Of a DNA stretch of 64,000 nt, positions 12,316 through 23,413 are shown piece after piece. Origin of the DNA: Mobula hypostoma (Eukaryota); the NCBI RefSeq assembly GCF_963921235.1, contig NC_086097.1, forward strand, positions 106,828,001 to 106,892,000, read 5' to 3'. Both the position numbers and the translations under genes were made by a program. Numbering within the stretch: the stretch's first letter is position 1; each line of letters opens with the position of its first letter. Below the pieces are notes generated by a model, which had not been told where the DNA came from, made no database searches, and saw nothing but the letters and a program-made list of their open reading frames with translations.

Positions 12316-15300
12316 CAGGCAGAATTCTTACATCTGATTGGTTGATGAGCTTGATCATTGATAAAGAGATTGCTGGTGAATGATGTATACTTGAAAAAAG
12401 CTGGTTTCCAATTGCAACTCCCACAGGAAAAGGCAAATTCATACCAAAGACCACAGCTGAGATGTGAGCTCAATTGAAATGATAACCATGATCACTGCCG
12501 CTTCCCTATCAACCCCAGAAATCCAAAATAATGGTATTTCATCTGAATGCTTGCTTATTAAATGCAAACAAGTGAAAATACAATGCAAGAAAATGGTGAA
12601 TATGCTTACTCTGGAGTTACTGATACAAAACATAAAGTGCATCAACATAGAAACCAAATGATAAAAATTGGTCTTATTTTAATGTAATGAAGCATATATA
12701 AAAAGTGATTTACTTGCTCAGAAACCTTTATTATTGTTACTTACAGAGTATCTAGGATCTGTGTGCACAGTATCTTCCAAATTCAGATTGTACAATTCTT
12801 ATATGGTACACAAATGACAATGCCAAAGGCATAGAATTAGAGAATTTGGCACCTCCAAGAAGAGGGAAATCTTGATTAGGTTCCTCCATTCCATGGCTGT
12901 AGATACAAGGTTACAAGGGGTGAGTTAAGAGCAGAATTTATCTTTTTACTCTATCCCCCAATGCAAACCTGCTACTGCCATCTACTTCGTGAAGTGCGTG
13001 CGTGCGCGTGTTTATGCAGATTTCCAATTTGCTGAAAGCTATCTGGTAGAGATAACAGGCCAAGAGCAGGTTTTCCTACTGTGGAAATAAGTATTGAATT
13101 TTGTATTTTTTTGTAACCATTTGATGTGACAAAATGGAGTTGTAGAGAATCACAGAGTGCTAAACTAATATGTTGCAATATATGTATGTGACTGCAAGAA
13201 ATGTGTCTACTAAAGGAATACGTGACTGCGAGCACCCAATGTACTGAACATTGTGCAGTACCTTGTCAGGTTTCTGAAATTCAAGGAACTACACTTTACC
13301 AGCATTAACCATGAATCAGATAAAATCAAAGAAATACAACTTTACTTAATTATGACTTCAGGATCCTCACTCAACAAAGCAAGATTCCACTAAATTTTGT
13401 CTTGTCATGGGTAAAATTGGACGAATTTGTGGTGAAATCTTTACTATCTTATGTGATGCAAATCCACCTATTCATAGGGGGTAAGATTAAACAGTTAATT
13501 CAATGTAAAGTCAAATACTGAATGCAAATTTATGAGTATAACATTGCAATTAAAACAGAGGAATAAACTCGACACATAGAAAAAGTCTTAAAAATATTCT
13601 CCAATAAAAATTAAAAGCTAGAAGAACAAGAAGGATTCATTCTGCATAAAAGTTAATTTTCAGTACCAGGAAATCCATTTGTAGAAATTAAAACTATAAC
13701 ATTGAAAATTTGCCTCTTCCAGAATGAATGCTTGTGTTTTGTGGATATCTTGGGCCACAACTTCACATACTTCTTGCATTACAGTAATATTTTTTTTTCA
13801 GCGAGGCAGGAATGTTTTCAAGGAGCAGTTTCAAAATTGAATAACAAACTGCAGATTTTTCATTTATGTAGTTTTACCATAACTCAGGATTATTACATCA
13901 TAAAGCATTCCCCACTAAAGTAAAGCAAACTGTTTTTAATTACTGTTTATTTATAGATAAAAGTAAGATTCAAGACCAGCAGCAAAGTTTTGATGCTTAC
14001 CTATAAGAGGATGCTTCAATACGTCTTGTTCAGGAGAAATTGTTCATACAAATCCTAAATATGCTGCAAAACCTTTTACAGAGTCTGTGAACAAGTATAA
14101 TACTACCACCATTACCTTCCAACACGCGTACATAAATCATACAGTACATAAATTATAAACCTTTCTGAGATAGAACAGAATCCTGAAGTGAAATTTTCTC
14201 AGGCTCTGATTTTGTGATCAGAAATAGCAGCATAGAAACAGAGCATATAAAAATGAGAAATCTATGATATTTTGAGTTTCATGTGGGCTAGATTACAATA
14301 AAATAAATTAACATCAAAATGGAATCAGAAGAATTTCAACAGAGATGGGGTAATTTAGTCCACTATCCCCTTTCAATTCAAATTTAATCTATATTCATGC
14401 CTCTTCATTGCCCCCTTCATTGCCCAGGGATTGTAGAGGGGCACTGTGACACAATTTTATTTTCACCATTCAGTTTGCAATACTTTTGAATTTCAAATTT
14501 ATGGAAATACATATTGTTAATAGTGCAGCAATACCATTGAGGCATTGTGGACCTCTTGAATATGTAGTCCAATAGTCTATACCTGTATACATTGTACCAA
14601 AGGGAAAACAGTGCTTTATGGGAAAGGAATTTAGGTTCATTAGAATCAAAATCTACAGCAATAGAATTAAATATGACATAAAAGAAAGAAAGCAAAATAA
14701 TTATATTTTTTATACAAGTTAAAATACCTATAAGCACAATGACAGCTTTAATAGTTTTCCTTCATACTCTCTGAAATCGTGTCATTTTGAAGACCATCTT
14801 TAATAAAGTGTTCAGTGTGTTATATAGAGCCCTAATATATATATATAAATTTAAATTCAGTAATGATCATATTTACATTCAGAACAGATAGCTCAAACCT
14901 GAGCATCCACAAAGTTCTGGAAGTGATGAATCACATAAATACTTGTCCTCTATCACAATTCGCAATTTCATGGTGAGTACCCTTTTCACTCTAACAACAC
15001 TGTCGAGTCAGCGGTCATTCCTGGCGCAATGAGGAATATGGATGGGCATTCAAGCGGTGTTTCTGAAAATGAGTTGGCAACTTGATAAAAATGCGATGTG
15101 CTGAACAACACAATATGCATGCAACAGTTAAAACCAATCAACCCAACAAAGAACTTGTTCACTTGTTCACTAAAAGCTCTAAAGTTGGTGCAAAAGGAGT
15201 CATTTAGTTATAGGCAAATAAATAAATAACTAAATGGAGGCACCAAGAACATCTCCAGAATCCAACATAAAAGAGCCAAAATCCAAGACTGAAGCTTCAG

Positions 15301-16099
15301 TCATAACTACTAAATTGATGATCCATCTCAGCCTCCTCATGAGGACCCTCCTCCTCTACTCTTGAGTCCAGTCCAGTCCAGTCCAGCAATGGAGCAAGAC
15401 TATGATACCCCAAAACATCTTGGCGGTAATATGAAGACTTGCACTCCAAAGCCATTACGCCTCTAATTAAGCTGTTCCAATATAGGTACAATCTTAGTAT
15501 CTAGTTGAATTAATAGGTCATTGCCCAGATATGTCTTGTCCATCAAATGGAGGATAAATCCATTCTGATTTATTACAATCCCGTCGGGCAATCAATCATC
15601 AGCAAAGTGATGGAAGATGTCATCCTCTGCGCTCTCAAGAGGCACTTACTTGCTCATCAATAATAGATTCACTAATGTTCACCTTGAACTCTGCCAAAGC
15701 CATTCAGCTCCAGAATTCATGAAGTTTCAAATGTGGACACATGCTGAGTTCCAAAGGTGAGTTGATGATGATATCAAAGTAGCACTCAATGTTAAAAAGT
15801 CCTGATAAATCTAAATGAAAAAAAAAATTGCTACAGCAGATCAACAATATGGCTATATATCTGAGCGGTCCTTAATGTGTTTCAAAATTTTTTAATTTTT
15901 CTCATATTCTCACTACTCCTGTATGCTTTTTTTGAGGTGGTAGTAAGGCGACTCACTAAAAAAAAGGGCATAGTCAAAATGTAACATCACAAATGTATCA
16001 CATGTTACATCATACGCACTCATGTGCCTGTTATGTAGCTCTCCCAAGAGGCATGGGATCTGCCAGATAGCCTGTCAAATTAGAAACTTAGATAGAAAC

Positions 16100-16258
16100 A
16101 CAGACCCTTACTTGAGAAATTACCTAGGGTTACCCATAGCCCTCTATTTTTCTAAGATCCATGTACCTATCCAAGAGTCTCTTAAAAGACCCTATTTGTA
16201 TCCGCTTCCACCACTGTCGCCGGCAGCCCATTCCACGCAGTCACCACTCTCTGCGTAA
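16100..16258 (-). mobile_element. CR1 (subfamily B) 3' fragment
   Basis: Matches the 3' ends at 28620-28830 and 56920-57048/60462-60550. Confidence 0.8.
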
Positions 16259-17110
16259 CAAAACTAAATTCTGAGATGTTCGACAGACTTAGTGGTGACG
16301 GATGAGGTGCATGCAGAGTTTAAGTAGTTAAATATCAAATCCGGTACTCCAGCCCTATATTTTGACATCATTATTAGGCTTTATCAGTTCTGAAAACCTG
16401 AGTCCATATCATAACATCTCATCATTGATTTTAAAATCTTAATTTGAATTACGTTGAATTTTAATTATTAAAACAAGATTTCCTCTTTTCACACCCAAAA
16501 ACTTAATTGTTTTGTTTTAGTTTTGTCAGTTTGATTCTCTGATTATAAAAGAAACACCAAAACTCATAGGAATTCTGAAATCAAGCTGCTAAAAAGTTTG
16601 AAATTCCAAAATTTCTGTTACGCAGTACATTTTCTTTCCAATCTGATCCATTTCAATCACTCCATCCTCCTCCAGGGTCCTAGTTACCATCAACTTTACC
16701 AATTGATTTTACAAATAGTTTGGCAGAAAGTCAAGGACCACAAAATACACATAGGGCTACCACTGTAACTTAACTAACTAAAACTCAGAACATCTTACCC
16801 AGGAAAGCATAGGTGCAAGTCCAAAGGGAAGGTGAGGGCACTTACTGCAGAATCTGATGATGTTCCTTTTCAAGAAACACTCAAGATTTAAGCAGCTAAA
16901 TAGAAAAACCCCTGTACTTCCTTCTCTCTGGAAATTCTAAACAATAGTTGCAGCAGCATTTACCCAGAACAGCTCACTAGCCAGAGCCCTCTCAAAGTAC
17001 CCTGCCCCTAATGTAATTACCCAAAATTGGAAATATGTCAGAAAATGCTCCAAGATTTTCCTGACAACCTTTACATTTCTTTCTTTTACTCTCCTCACAC
17101 AGTAGTGTAA

Positions 17111-17427
17111 GGGTGGTATGGTAGAGCAGCCATTAGCTTAACGCTGTTACAGTGCCAGCTGTAAGATCGCGGTTCAATTTTCACCACTGTTTGTAAGGAG
17201 TTTGTACAATCACCCCATGATCCCGTGAGATTCCTCTGGGCACACTGATTTCCACCATATTCCAGAGACGTACGAGTTAGGGTAAGTGAACTGTGCACAT
17301 ACTAGAAGCCTGGTAAGTCTTTTGGGCCACCCCCAGCACATCTCACACTGTGTTGGTACTTGATGCAAACAATGCATTTCATTGTATGTTTCGATGCACA
17401 TGTGACAAATAAAGCTAATCTTTAAAT
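17111..17427 (+). mobile_element. tRNA-derived SINE (V-SINE/HE1-like)
   Basis: Pol III A-box-like TGGTAGAGCAG, B-box-like GGTTCAATT, central ...GTTTCCTCCCACA..CCAAAG-type domain, AATAAA tail. Confidence 0.75.
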
Positions 17428-18621
17428 TTAAAAATGCAAACACGAGGAAATCTGCAGATGCTGGAGATGTCCTCCTTTTTTAAAGAAAGGGGCTTCCCTT
17501 CCTCCACCATCAACTCTGCTCTCAAACGCATTGCTCCCATTTCACGCACATCTGCTCTCACTCTATCCTCCCACCACCCCACTAGGAATAGGGTTCCCCT
17601 TATCCTCAGCTACCATCCCACCAGCCTCCGGGTCCAACATATAATTCTCCATAACTTCCACCACCTCCAACGGGATCCCACCACTAAGCATATCTTTCCC
17701 TCCCACCCTCCCACCCCGGCTTTCCACAGGGATCGCTCCCTATGCAACTCCCTTATCCATTCGTACCCCCCATCCCTCCTCACCGATCTCCCTCCTGGCA
17801 CTTATCCTTGTAAGCGGAACAAGTGCTACACATCCCCTTGCACCTCCTCCCTCACCACCATTCAGGGCCCCAGACAGTCGTTCCAAGTGAGGCGACACTT
17901 CACCTGTTAGTCGGCTGGGGTGATATACTGCGTCCGGTGCTCCCGATGTGGTCTTCTATATATTGGCGAGACCCGACGCAGACTGGGAGATCATTTTGCT
18001 GAACACCTACGCTCTGTCCGCCAGAGAAAGCAGGATCTCCCAGTGGCCACACATTTTAATTCCACATCCCATTCCCATTCTGATATGTCCATCCACGGCC
18101 TCCTCTACTGTAAAGATGAAGCCACACTCAGGTTGGAGGAAAAACACCTTATATTCCATCTGAGTAGCCTCCAACCTGATGGCATGCACACTGACTTCTC
18201 AAACTTCCGCTAATGCCTTACCTCCCCCTCGTACCCCATTCGTTATTTATTTATATACACACATTCTTTTCCTCTCTCTCCTTTTTCTCCCTCTGTCCCT
18301 CTCACTCTATCCCTTGCCCATCCTCTGGGCTCCCCCCCCCCACTTTTCTTTCTCCCTAGGCCTCCTGTCCCATGATCCTCTCATATCCCTTTTGCCAATC
18401 AACTGTCCAGTTCTTGGCTCCATCCCCCCCCAACACCGCGCCCCTCCCCCTCCTGTCTTCTCCTATCATTTCGGATCTCCCCCTCCCCCTCTCAAATTTC
18501 TTACTAGCTCTTCTTTCAGTTAGTCCTGACAAAGGGTCTCGGCCCGAAACGTCAACTGTTCCTCTTTCTAGAGATGCTGCCTGGCCTGCTGCGTTCACCA
18601 GCAACTTTTATGTGTGTTGCT
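17428..18621 (+). mobile_element. Penelope-like element (Neptune-like) with an inverted terminal piece and 14-bp TSD
   Basis: ORFs 17434-17910 and 17920-18213 (CKRNKC linker, VIYCVRCSRCGLLYIGETRRRL) separated by one stop; pLTR at the 3' end; direct repeat GCTAATCTTTAAAT at 17414-17427 and 18619-18632. Confidence 0.9.
18522..18557 (+). ncRNA. Hammerhead ribozyme motif with mutated core (probably inactive)
   Basis: AGTC-CTGACAA-A-GGGTCTCGGCCC-GAAACGTC-AACT; CUGACGA is changed to CUGACAA and stem I has one mismatch. Confidence 0.75.
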
Positions 18622-19026
18622 AATCTTTAAATCGCTATCTCACATTTGCAATTTTCCAATGGTCCATTCATCTCCTGAGGATCAAAGAGAAGCACTGCTC
18701 TGTAACCAGCATTTGAATTAAATTTTTTTCTTGCCAGATGGCCTGGAGATCATCTCCTTACTTCCTTCATCCTGTCTCACGTAAAAACAAATATAATTTG
18801 TGTACTTCCAGCCAGCAGCTGACACTGCTGATACTGCACACTACTTGGTTACAAAATGTACATTTATGTGCAAAATATCAAAATTTCAAACAGGACAGTC
18901 ATGAGTTTTAGATAATTAGTTTAAGTGTAAACAATTCTAAATCTGTATTGAAGTTAACATTGATAATTAAAAGAATGCGTGTCTACCCTGATGTTTCTGC
19001 ATGTTCAGTTTCTGCAGCAAAGAAAG

Positions 19027-19255
19027 GGTGGCAGAGCAGCTAATGAAGCTGCTGACTTGCATCTCCATTGATTCGAGTTCTCAATAACCTCGGGGGCTGT
19101 CTGTGTGGAGTTCACATTTTCTCCTTGCCACTGCACAGATGCTCTGGTTTCCTCCCACATCCTGGTTGATGGTTGGTAGATTAACTGGTAAATTGCCCTG
19201 GTACGAGGGTGGATGGTAGAATATGGGACATGCAGGAAGAAAACAAAATGTGAAT
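19027..19255 (+). mobile_element. Decayed tRNA-derived V-type SINE
   Basis: tRNA-like head and CTCTGGTTTCCTCCCACATCC central motif. Confidence 0.7.
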
Positions 19256-19256
19256 A

Positions 19257-19386
19257 GAGAAGATTCTGTAGATGTTGGAAATCCAGAATAACATGCACAA
19301 AATGCTGGAGGAATTCCGCAGTTCAGGCAGCATCTAGGTAAAGGAATAAACAGTTGACATTTTGGGTCAAGACACTTCATCAGGAC
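19257..19386 (-). mobile_element. PLE pseudo-LTR fragment with decayed hammerhead (19352-19386)
   Basis: Minus strand GTC-CTGATGA-AGTGTCTTGACCC-AAAATGTC-AACT (GAAA changed to AAAA), then gatgctgcc...ttccaacatctacag. Confidence 0.8.
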
Positions 19387-19653
19387 AAAATGTGATTAGT
19401 GTAACTTGGTGCTTGATCATTGTCACTGTCTTGGTGGGCCAATGTGTCTGTGTCTGCATGCATGAATCTACATTGCCAGCTGGAGGTGGCCCATGGGTCA
19501 AATGTTTTCAGGACCGACCAAGAAGACAGGACAAGACAGACAGAGATAGATAAGAGTTATTGGGAGGTAGTCACACCGAAAAGACGGGAGGTAGGCAACT
19601 GGGTGACTGTCAGGAGATGGAGGGGGAGCAGGTAGAGAGAGCAGAGCACCCCT

Positions 19654-20301
19654 GTGGCCATTCCCATCAACAATAAGTATACCGTTTTGGATACTGTTGG
19701 TGGGGATGACCTACCAGGAACAAGTTGCAGTGGTCCTGTCTCTGGCACTGAGGTTGGACCCTCGACTCAGAAGGGGAGGAGGGAAGAGAGGACAGCGGTA
19801 GTGATAGGGGATTCTATAGTCAGGGGGGCAGATAGGAGATTTTGTGGGGGAGATCGGAAGTCTCGGATGGTATGTTGCCTCCCTGGTGCCGGGGTCCGGG
19901 ACATCTCAGATCGGGTGCAGGTTATTCTCGAGAGAGAGGGCAAGAATCCAGATGTTGTGGTCCACGTAGGGACCAACGACGTGGATAGGAAGAGTGAGGG
20001 GTTCCTGCGTAGTGAATTCAGGGAGTTAGCTGCGAAGCTGAAGGGCAGGACCTCCAGGGTAACAATCTCAGGATTGCTACCTGTGCCACGTGCGAGTGAG
20101 GCGAGGAACAGAAGGATTATACAGATCAATATGTGGCTGAGAGGATGGTGCAGGAGGGAGGGCTTCAGGTTTTTAGATAATTGGGCTTTGTTCCAGGGAA
20201 GGTGGGATCTGTTCCGACGGGACGGTTTACACCTGAACTGGAGGGGTACTAACATTCTTGCAGGAAAGTTTGCTAGTGCTGCTTGGGGGGGTTTAAACTA
20301 A
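19654..20301 (+). CDS. CR1 ORF1p, SGNH/GDSL esterase domain (N-terminus incomplete)
   Basis: VVIGDSIVRG, CCLPGA, VHVGTND and DGLHLN blocks. Confidence 0.9.
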   Translation: MAIPINNKYTVLDTVGGDDLPGTSCSGPVSGTEVGPSTQKGRREERTAVVIGDSIVRGADRRFCGGDRKSRMVCCLPGAGVRDISDRVQVILEREGKNPDVVVHVGTNDVDRKSEGFLRSEFRELAAKLKGRTSRVTISGLLPVPRASEARNRRIIQINMWLRGWCRREGFRFLDNWALFQGRWDLFRRDGLHLNWRGTNILAGKFASAAWGGLN

Positions 20302-23300
20302 ATTTGCAGGGGGCAGGGATCCAGAATGTGAGAGAGGATAGCGAGATGAAGTATAAAGGACAGGTGGGGACTACACGGTTCCAGAATATTAAGTGTGAAG
20401 TAGAGAAAGGTGAGGCAGAACGAGTGATAAGGAGGATACATGTGCAGAGGGATGGTCTGATGGAGCATGGAGTTAAATGTGCAGAAAGAGTAAGTACATT
20501 TAAGAAGGACAACAAAATTCAAGGGGCGTATAGCCCGGTGAGAGTTCAGGGAGCTGGGTTATGCACAATAGGCAGCGATTTAAACAGAGAGAGGAGAAAT
20601 AGGTTAAAAATTCTATATCTGAATGCACGAAGTGTCAGAAATAAGGCGCATGAGCTTGAAGCTCAGGTACGAATGGGTGACTACGATGTTGTTGGGATAA
20701 CAGAGACATGGCTGCAGGGGGATCAGACCTGGGAATTGAAAGTACAAGGGTATATGTGCTATCGAAGGGACAGAAAGGTGGGCAGAGGGGGTGGGGTGGC
20801 CCTGTTGGTGAGGAATGAGATTCAGTCCCTTGCAAGGGGGGACATAGAATCAGGAGAAGTAGAGTCAGTGTGGATAGAACTGAGGAACAGTGAGGGCAAA
20901 AAGACCCTAATAGGTGTTAGCTACAGGCCCCCAAACAGTAGCATGGATATTGGGTGCAAGTTGAATAGGGAGTTAACAATGGCATGTGGCAAAGGAAATG
21001 TCGCAGTAGTTATGGGGGATTTCAACATGCAGGTGAACTGGGAAAATCAGGTTGGTACTGGACCCCAGGATATGGGAGTTTGCAGAGTGCCTACGGGATG
21101 CATTTCTGGAGCAGCTTGTACGAGAGCCGACCAGGGATAAGGCTATTCTGGATTTAGTGTTGTGCAATGAACAGGACTTGATAAGTGATTTTGAAGTAAA
21201 GGAGCCATTAGGAGGTAGTGACCATAATATGATAAGTTTTTATCTGCAAGTTGAGAGGGATAAGGGCAGATCAGAAGTGTCAGTATTGCAGTTGAACAAA
21301 GGAGACTATGGAGCCATGAGGGAGGAGCTGACCAAAGTTGACTGGTTGGATATCCTAGCAGGAAAGACAGTAGAACAGCAATGGCAGGTATTCTTGGGAA
21401 TAATGCACAAGGTGCAAAATCAGTTCATCCCCCGGAGAAGGAAGGATTCAAAGGGGGGAAAGTGGCCACAGTGGTTGACAAAGGAAGTCAGAGACAGCAT
21501 AGCATTAAAAAAGAAGTATAACAGAGCTAAGGTGAGTGGGAAGACAGATGATTGGGAAATTTTTAAGGAGCAACAGAACTTAACTGAAAAGGCAACACGG
21601 GGAGAAAAAATGAGGTATGAATGCAAGCTAGCTAGGAATATAAAGGAGGATAGCAGAAGTTTTTTTTAGGTATGTGAAGAGAAGGAAGATAGTTAAGAAC
21701 AATGTTGGGCCCTTGAAGAATGAATTGGGAGAAATTGTTATGGGAAACAGAGAAATGGCAGACGAATTCAATAAGTACTTTGGATCTGTCTTCACTATAG
21801 AAGACACAAGCAATCTCCCAGGTGTATGGATGGGCCAAGGACATAGGGTAACAGAGGAGCTAAAACAGATTGACATTAGGAAGGAAACGGTGATGAGTAG
21901 ACTGATGGGACTAAAGGCTAACAAATCCCCAGGTCCAGATGGTCTGCATCCTAGGGTACTAAAGGAGGTGGCTCTGGAAATTGTGGATGCATTGGTGATC
22001 ATTTTCCAATGTTCCTTAGATTCAGGATCAGTTCCTGAGGATTGGCGAATGGCTAATGTTATCCCACTTTTTAAGAAAGGAGGGAGGAAGAAAACAGAGA
22101 ACTATCGCCCTGTTAGCCTAACACCAGTAGTGGGGAAGATGCTAGAGTCCATTACTAAAGATGAAATAGCGGCATATCTTGATAGCAGTGATAGAATTGG
22201 GCTGAGCCAGCATGGATTTACCAAGGGCAAATCACGATTGACTAATCTATTGGAGTTTTTCGAGGATGTAACCAGGAAGATAGCCACGGGAGATCCACTG
22301 GATGTGGTGTACCTTGACTTTCAGAAGGCATTTGATAAGGTACCACATAGGAGATTGGTGGGTGAAATCAGAGCTCATGGCATTGGGGGGAGGATATTGA
22401 CATGGATAGAAAACTGGTTGGCAGATAGAAAGCAAAGGGTAGCAGTGAATGGGTGTTTCTCGGAATGGCAGGTGGTGACTAGTGGGGTGCCACAGGGCTC
22501 GGTATTGGGACCACAGCTGTTTACGATTTACGTCAATGATTTAGAGGAAGGCATTGTGAATAACATCAGCAAATTTGCTGATGATACTAAGCTGGGTGGC
22601 AGTGTGACATGTGATGAGGATGTTAGGAGAATTCAAGGTGACTTGGATAGGCTGGGTGAGTGGGCAGAAACTTGGCAGATGGCGTTTAATGTGAACAATT
22701 GTGAGGTTCTTCACTTTGGGAGCAAGAACAGGAAGGCAGATTATTATTTGAACGGTGTGGAGTTAGGTAAGGGAGAAATACAAAGAGATCTAGGAGTACT
22801 TGTTCATCAGTCTCTGAAGGTAAATGAGCAAGTGCTGCAGGCAGTGAAGAAGGCTAATGGAATGTTGGCCTTTATTACAAAGGGTATTGAGTACAAAAGC
22901 AAGGAAATCCTTTTGCATTTGTACAGGGCCCTGGTGAGACCACACCTGGAGTATTGTGTGCAGTTTTGGTCTCCAGGATTAAGGAAGGACATCTTGGCTG
23001 TGGAGGAGGTGCAGCGTAGGTTCACTAGGTTAATTCCTGGGATGTCCGGACTGTTTTACGCAGATAGGTTAGAGAGACTGGGCTTGTAAACGCTGGAATT
23101 AAGGAGATTGAGGGAGGATCTGATTGAGACATATAAGATTATTAAGGGATTGGACAAGATAGAGGCAGGAAATATGTTCCAGATGCTGGGAGAGTCCAGT
23201 ACCAGAGGGCATGGTTTAAGAATAAGGGGTAGGTCATTTAGGACAGAGTTGAGGAGGAACTTCTTCTCCCAGAGAGTTGTGGAGGTGTGGAACACGCTGC

Positions 23301-23413
23301 CTCAGAAGGCAGTGGAGGCCAATTCTCTGGATGCTTTCAAGAAGGAGCTAGATAGGTATCTTATGGATAAGGGAATCAAGGGTTATGGGGACAAGGCAGG
23401 AACCGGGTATTGA
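20283..23413 (+). pseudogene. CR1 ORF2 (APE endonuclease plus reverse transcriptase), disrupted
   Basis: [36 protein letters not shown] and FADD motifs; frameshifts near 21070 and at the T-run near 21665, and a stop at 23087-23089. Confidence 0.92.

Noticed and set aside
14883..14972. Plus-strand 90-nt segment with a strong GTGAGT donor
   Set aside because: No recognisable protein and no partner exons; it cannot be supported without RNA data.
17111..17190. tRNA gene
   Set aside because: Decayed tRNA-like SINE head, without a complete cloverleaf.
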